A stretch of 63,589 nucleotides of DNA, the filler included, from Octopus bimaculoides (lineage: Eukaryota): NCBI RefSeq assembly GCF_001194135.2. It is 7 parts of 6 records of this genome, joined end to end, with 100 filler letters (N's around TTAATTAATTAA, not from the genome) between each part and the next. Parts side by side here need not be neighbours in the genome. Positions count along the whole stretch, not along the records: positions 62,157 to 63,589 come from NW_026432785.1; 6 more parts are not named here. One strand, written 5' to 3'. Every line of letters begins with the position of its first letter. Within the stretch, counting starts at the first letter, position 1. The notes under the pieces are model-generated. The model made no database searches. It was not told the DNA's origin and was given only the letters and a program-made list of their open reading frames with translations. Shown here one piece after another: positions 62,820-63,589 of this stretch. Made by a program: the position numbers and the translations under genes.

Positions 62820-63589
62820 AGGACAAAACAAATTTTGCTGAAGCGATAAAACAAAACTATTGAAACATTCACTGCGCAACAAATCAACAATAGAAAAGTA
62901 CTGCTTAGCAAAGGACAAAACTTACACTTACACATACCTAAAAGCATCATTGAACAAACCCCAAAAAGAACTATCATTTATAAAATACTAAGTACAAAAA
63001 CAAAGAAACCTGAAAATGCACCACGACAAAAAATTGAAAAATGCCTTCGCCCTGTATGGCCACACAAGGAATATGTCAATTGGTGGCATAAATTCAGTAC
63101 AGTTCAAGTGCGATTCCACAATGAAAATCTAGCCAAACGGTTCTCAACACTGACTCTTCATATGGAGAGTGACAAAAGTCACAATAAAAAATGTGCCTCC
63201 AGAAGTAGAGACACAATGGCTATTATCTGCCATCTGCTTTGAAATGGAGGGAACTAACATTCTCAAAATNNNNNNNNNNNNNNNNNNNNNNNNNNNNNNN
63301 NNNNNNNNNNNNNNNNNNNNNNNNNNNNNNNNNNNNNNNNNNNNNNNNNNNNNNNNNNNNNNNNNNNNNNNNNNNNNNNNNNNNNNNNNNNNNNNNNNNN
63401 GGGGGCAGGCAGCCATACTGCTATCTGCGTGGCAGTGAAACACATTTAAAAAAGAAATGTCCAACTGCCGCACAACAACAAGAGCAACAACAACAACCAT
63501 CACTACAACCAAAACACTCTGAGAAAAATGCTTTACTACCCACACAACCATCAACACAGAAGACGACAAAAGAAGCATACCAACCAAAT
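62820..63589 (+). pseudogene. LINE ORF1 (gag-like, RRM plus CCHC knuckle) remnant, L1/Tx1- or I-like
   Basis: ~130-codon open stretch, then TKVTIKNVPPEVETQWL and GRQPYCYLRGSETHLKKKCP (knuckle with one C lost); frameshifts; A/C-rich sense strand. Confidence 0.65.

Noticed and set aside
62519-62863. Mucin-like Thr-rich ORF
   Set aside because: The Thr run is an (ACC)n microsatellite and the ORF leads into a LINE ORF1 remnant

Overview
Repeat-saturated, AT-rich, gapped eukaryotic (animal) scaffold. The SINE families, the heavy (TACA)n/(CA)n/(GA)n/(ATT)n microsatellite load and the retroelement types are most consistent with an octopus genome; this is pattern recognition, not a database match. 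No host protein-coding gene can be called with confidence. Nearly all listed ORFs are microsatellite or N-gap read-throughs, or decayed transposon fragments. Supportable content: (1) a long decayed Gypsy LTR retrotransposon on the minus strand (about 2.1-9.2 kb) split by nested SINEs, MITEs and microsatellites; (2) several copies of an R4/Dong-like non-LTR retrotransposon with a restriction-like endonuclease (RLE), whose junctions sit in (TACA)n repeats, plus a second Dong-like copy with a (TAA)n tail; (3) RTE LINE fragments, one with three C2H2 fingers, and a LINE ORF1 remnant at the right end; (4) many copies of three tRNA-derived SINE families, including head-to-tail stacks separated by repeated 15-17 bp target sites; (5) hAT, mariner/maT and piggyBac-type MITEs; (6) TAACGGAAAC minisatellite arrays, one inside a TIR element; (7) a 52-bp-stem hairpin at 17.4 kb; (8) an abrupt change in CpG decay near 23.3 kb; (9) artificial TTAATTAATTAA scaffold linkers. 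Family names A/B/C/D/F are my own working labels. Coordinates of decayed repeats are approximate.
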